In this document: positions 62,078 through 64,000 of the stretch, in pieces
Numbering within the stretch: the first letter of the stretch is position 1
Layout of the letters: every line of letters begins with the position of its first letter
Source of the DNA: an uncultured delta proteobacterium
GTDB lineage: Bacteria; Desulfobacterota; Binatia; UBA9968
Direction of reading: 5' to 3'
Assembly (NCBI GenBank): GCA_963804165.1
Contig: CAWDPO010000046.1
Coordinates: 192,001-256,000 of the forward strand
Length of the DNA stretch: 64,000 nt
Notes under the pieces: generated by a model
What the model was told of the DNA's origin: nothing
The model's input: the letters and a program-made list of their open reading frames with translations, nothing else
The model's database searches: none
Translations under genes and position numbers: made by a program

Positions 62078-62752
62078 TTGCCCAATATGAATCCTACGGA
62101 CAAGAAAACGACTTTGCTCGCAGCACCGGAAGATCCTTTAGATACCGAAAAGCTTTTGCTCGACCGGATGAAGAAGAGTTCAAGCAGCGAGGATTACTTT
62201 CGCTGGATGCTTTTCGTCGTTGGTTTCTACCGAGGCATCAACAATATTGAAGCGGCCAGTGATTTGCTCGAAGGCTTTATCAAAATCACCAAAGATACCG
62301 AGCAGTCCGCTCATTGTTATTTGGCGCTTGGACAGATTGCCACCGACGAGCAGCGGCACGAAGATGCTCTCAAACATTTCACTATTGCGCTGGAACTTGC
62401 ACCGAAAAAACGAAAAGTCATCTATGTACTGCATAACAATATCGGTTATTGTCTCAATGCGCTCGATCGCTTCACCGAAGGAGAGCGGCATTGTCGATGT
62501 GCCATAGAAATCGACTGGACCCGCGCGAGTGGTTTCCGCAACCTTGGAATTAGTCTGAATGGCCAGGGAAATGTTTTCGGTGCTCTATGGGCGTTGACCG
62601 AGGCCGTGCGGGCGGACCCTGCCGACAGCCGAGCCGCTAACACTTTGGCAAATCTCATAGCATTGCATCCGGCTGTCGCAGTTCAATGTCCCTGGGTTAC
62701 GCAGGCTTTAACGGCTGATTTCAGTGCTAACCCTGACGTTCCTCTGATGTAA
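62078..62752 (+). CDS. TPR-repeat protein
   Basis: YLALG, HNNIG, FRNLG helical repeats. Confidence 0.8.
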   Translation: MPNMNPTDKKTTLLAAPEDPLDTEKLLLDRMKKSSSSEDYFRWMLFVVGFYRGINNIEAASDLLEGFIKITKDTEQSAHCYLALGQIATDEQRHEDALKHFTIALELAPKKRKVIYVLHNNIGYCLNALDRFTEGERHCRCAIEIDWTRASGFRNLGISLNGQGNVFGALWALTEAVRADPADSRAANTLANLIALHPAVAVQCPWVTQALTADFSANPDVPLM

Positions 62753-63171
62753 GTCAAGCACGCTGGTTTTCCGACGTCAGCGCATTTTTTCTGCTGTGCT
62801 CGGTCGCATGCGAGTAATTTGACGGCCAGTTTTGTCGGATCATATTAAGTTCTTTCACCAACCTAAGTACTTCGGAATAAGTCCCCGTCGTCGCTCTGAA
62901 CCTGCACATTTGCAGCGTCGGACTGATAGTCAGCGTTGCCGTCGTTCGTAATGCGATTGCGTTCGCCGAAACTCACCTCAATAGCCTACACCGCTTTTGT
63001 AAAAAGTTGAGTCATTCGATCGCCACTGGCTCGTGGCGGTCGTTGATGGCTCTCGAGCACGCAATCGTATCGAGAAAATTTTGCGTTTTTATACTAAGAC
63101 AGTTGACTCCCGCAAGTTTGAATGACATAAGAATCTTAGGCTATTAAAGCATTTCGACTAATATTTTTAAC

Positions 63172-63657
63172 TTGTTAGACCACATAGATTTAAAAATACT
63201 TTATATTCTTCAAAATGACGGTCGACGGCGACTCGCCGATATCGCCGATGAGGTCGACTTGTCCGCGCCTGCCGTGATGGAGCGAGTCAAGAAGTTAGAA
63301 GCGAGCGGCGTCATTAGGGGTTATCAAGCTCTCATAGACGGCAAAAAAGTCGGTAAGGATATCACCGCGTTCATCGGTGTTTCGATCGGCAATCAACGCG
63401 ATATGGATAAGTTCGCGCATCAGATGATCGACTATCCGGATGTATTGGAGTGTCACCACGTTACCGGCGATGAAAGCTTCATGCTCAAAGTGAAATCAGC
63501 GAACACCGGCTCGTTGGAGAAGTTGCTTGGAGAGATTCGTTCCGTCGAGGGCGTGACCCGAACGGTTACGAAAGTGGTCTTATCCACGACAAAGGAGGGA
63601 CAGGCGCTGGAACTTGATGCCGGACTCGCGGAAGCGTCGCCTGTTAGAAAGAAGTGA
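63172..63657 (+). CDS. Lrp/AsnC family regulator
   Basis: LQNDGR, ERVKKLEASGVIRGY, ECHHVTG. Confidence 0.95.
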   Translation: MLDHIDLKILYILQNDGRRRLADIADEVDLSAPAVMERVKKLEASGVIRGYQALIDGKKVGKDITAFIGVSIGNQRDMDKFAHQMIDYPDVLECHHVTGDESFMLKVKSANTGSLEKLLGEIRSVEGVTRTVTKVVLSTTKEGQALELDAGLAEASPVRKK

Positions 63658-63770
63658 CTTTTCCGATGTACGAATCGGCAAATGACTCGTCATGGATTGT
63701 TCGACAAACTCGCATGACGGCGTTGCAATCCAACGGCGATTCACGTTGAAATATATTGAAAGGTGAAATC

Positions 63771-64000
63771 ATGAGTCTTTCCGGGTTACCGCCGAAACAG
63801 GGCCTCTACGATCCGCAGTTCGAGCACGACGCCTGCGGTGTTGGGTTTGTCGTCAATATCAAAGGTGAGAAGTCCCACGAGATCGTCGAGCAAGCGCTCA
63901 CAGTGCTGGAGAATCTCGATCACCGCGGCGCGTGCGGCTGTGAAGAAAACACCGGCGACGGCGCCGGCATTTTGCTGCAAATCCCTCATGCATTTCTGAA
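63771..64000 (+). CDS. gltB: Glutamate synthase large subunit, N-terminus (runs off window)
   Basis: Manual translation [34 protein letters not shown]. Confidence 0.95.
   Translation, partial: MSLSGLPPKQGLYDPQFEHDACGVGFVVNIKGEKSHEIVEQALTVLENLDHRGACGCEENTGDGAGILLQIPHAFL

Overview
Bacterial chromosomal segment whose gene repertoire is Deltaproteobacteria-like, plausibly Ca. Binatia (inference from gene content only). Left arm (1-10.9 kb): riboflavin operon-nusB-leuS-lptE, rpsT, tatC, hppA. Right arm (28.9-64 kb): accessory metabolic genes and two exported SET-domain paralogs, then ftsEX-envC-ctpA, xseA-M23-xseB-ispA-dxs-tlyA, rpsU-yqeY-cvpA-dnaG-rpoD-tRNA, lrp and the start of gltB. Between them lies a ~17.8-kb element bounded by a perfect 40-bp direct repeat of the 5' half of tRNA-Leu(UAA). 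It resembles a phage satellite: tyrosine integrase, P4-type primase-helicase with a putative origin, a J-domain gene, three Xis-like HTH genes, an operator-rich divergent switch, and HNH plus a cos-like site, but no capsid or terminase. Its cargo includes a giant SF1 helicase-Vsr-like nuclease (candidate defence gene) and hicBA. The integration geometry leaves the intact tRNA-Leu(UAA) separated from its native promoter. Other notable points: RibBA has lost essentially all DHBP-synthase catalytic residues, and a B12 radical SAM has a duplicated C-terminal module. Many element genes carry single-base frameshifts that look like sequencing errors. All calls come from reading motifs by eye; no searches were run.
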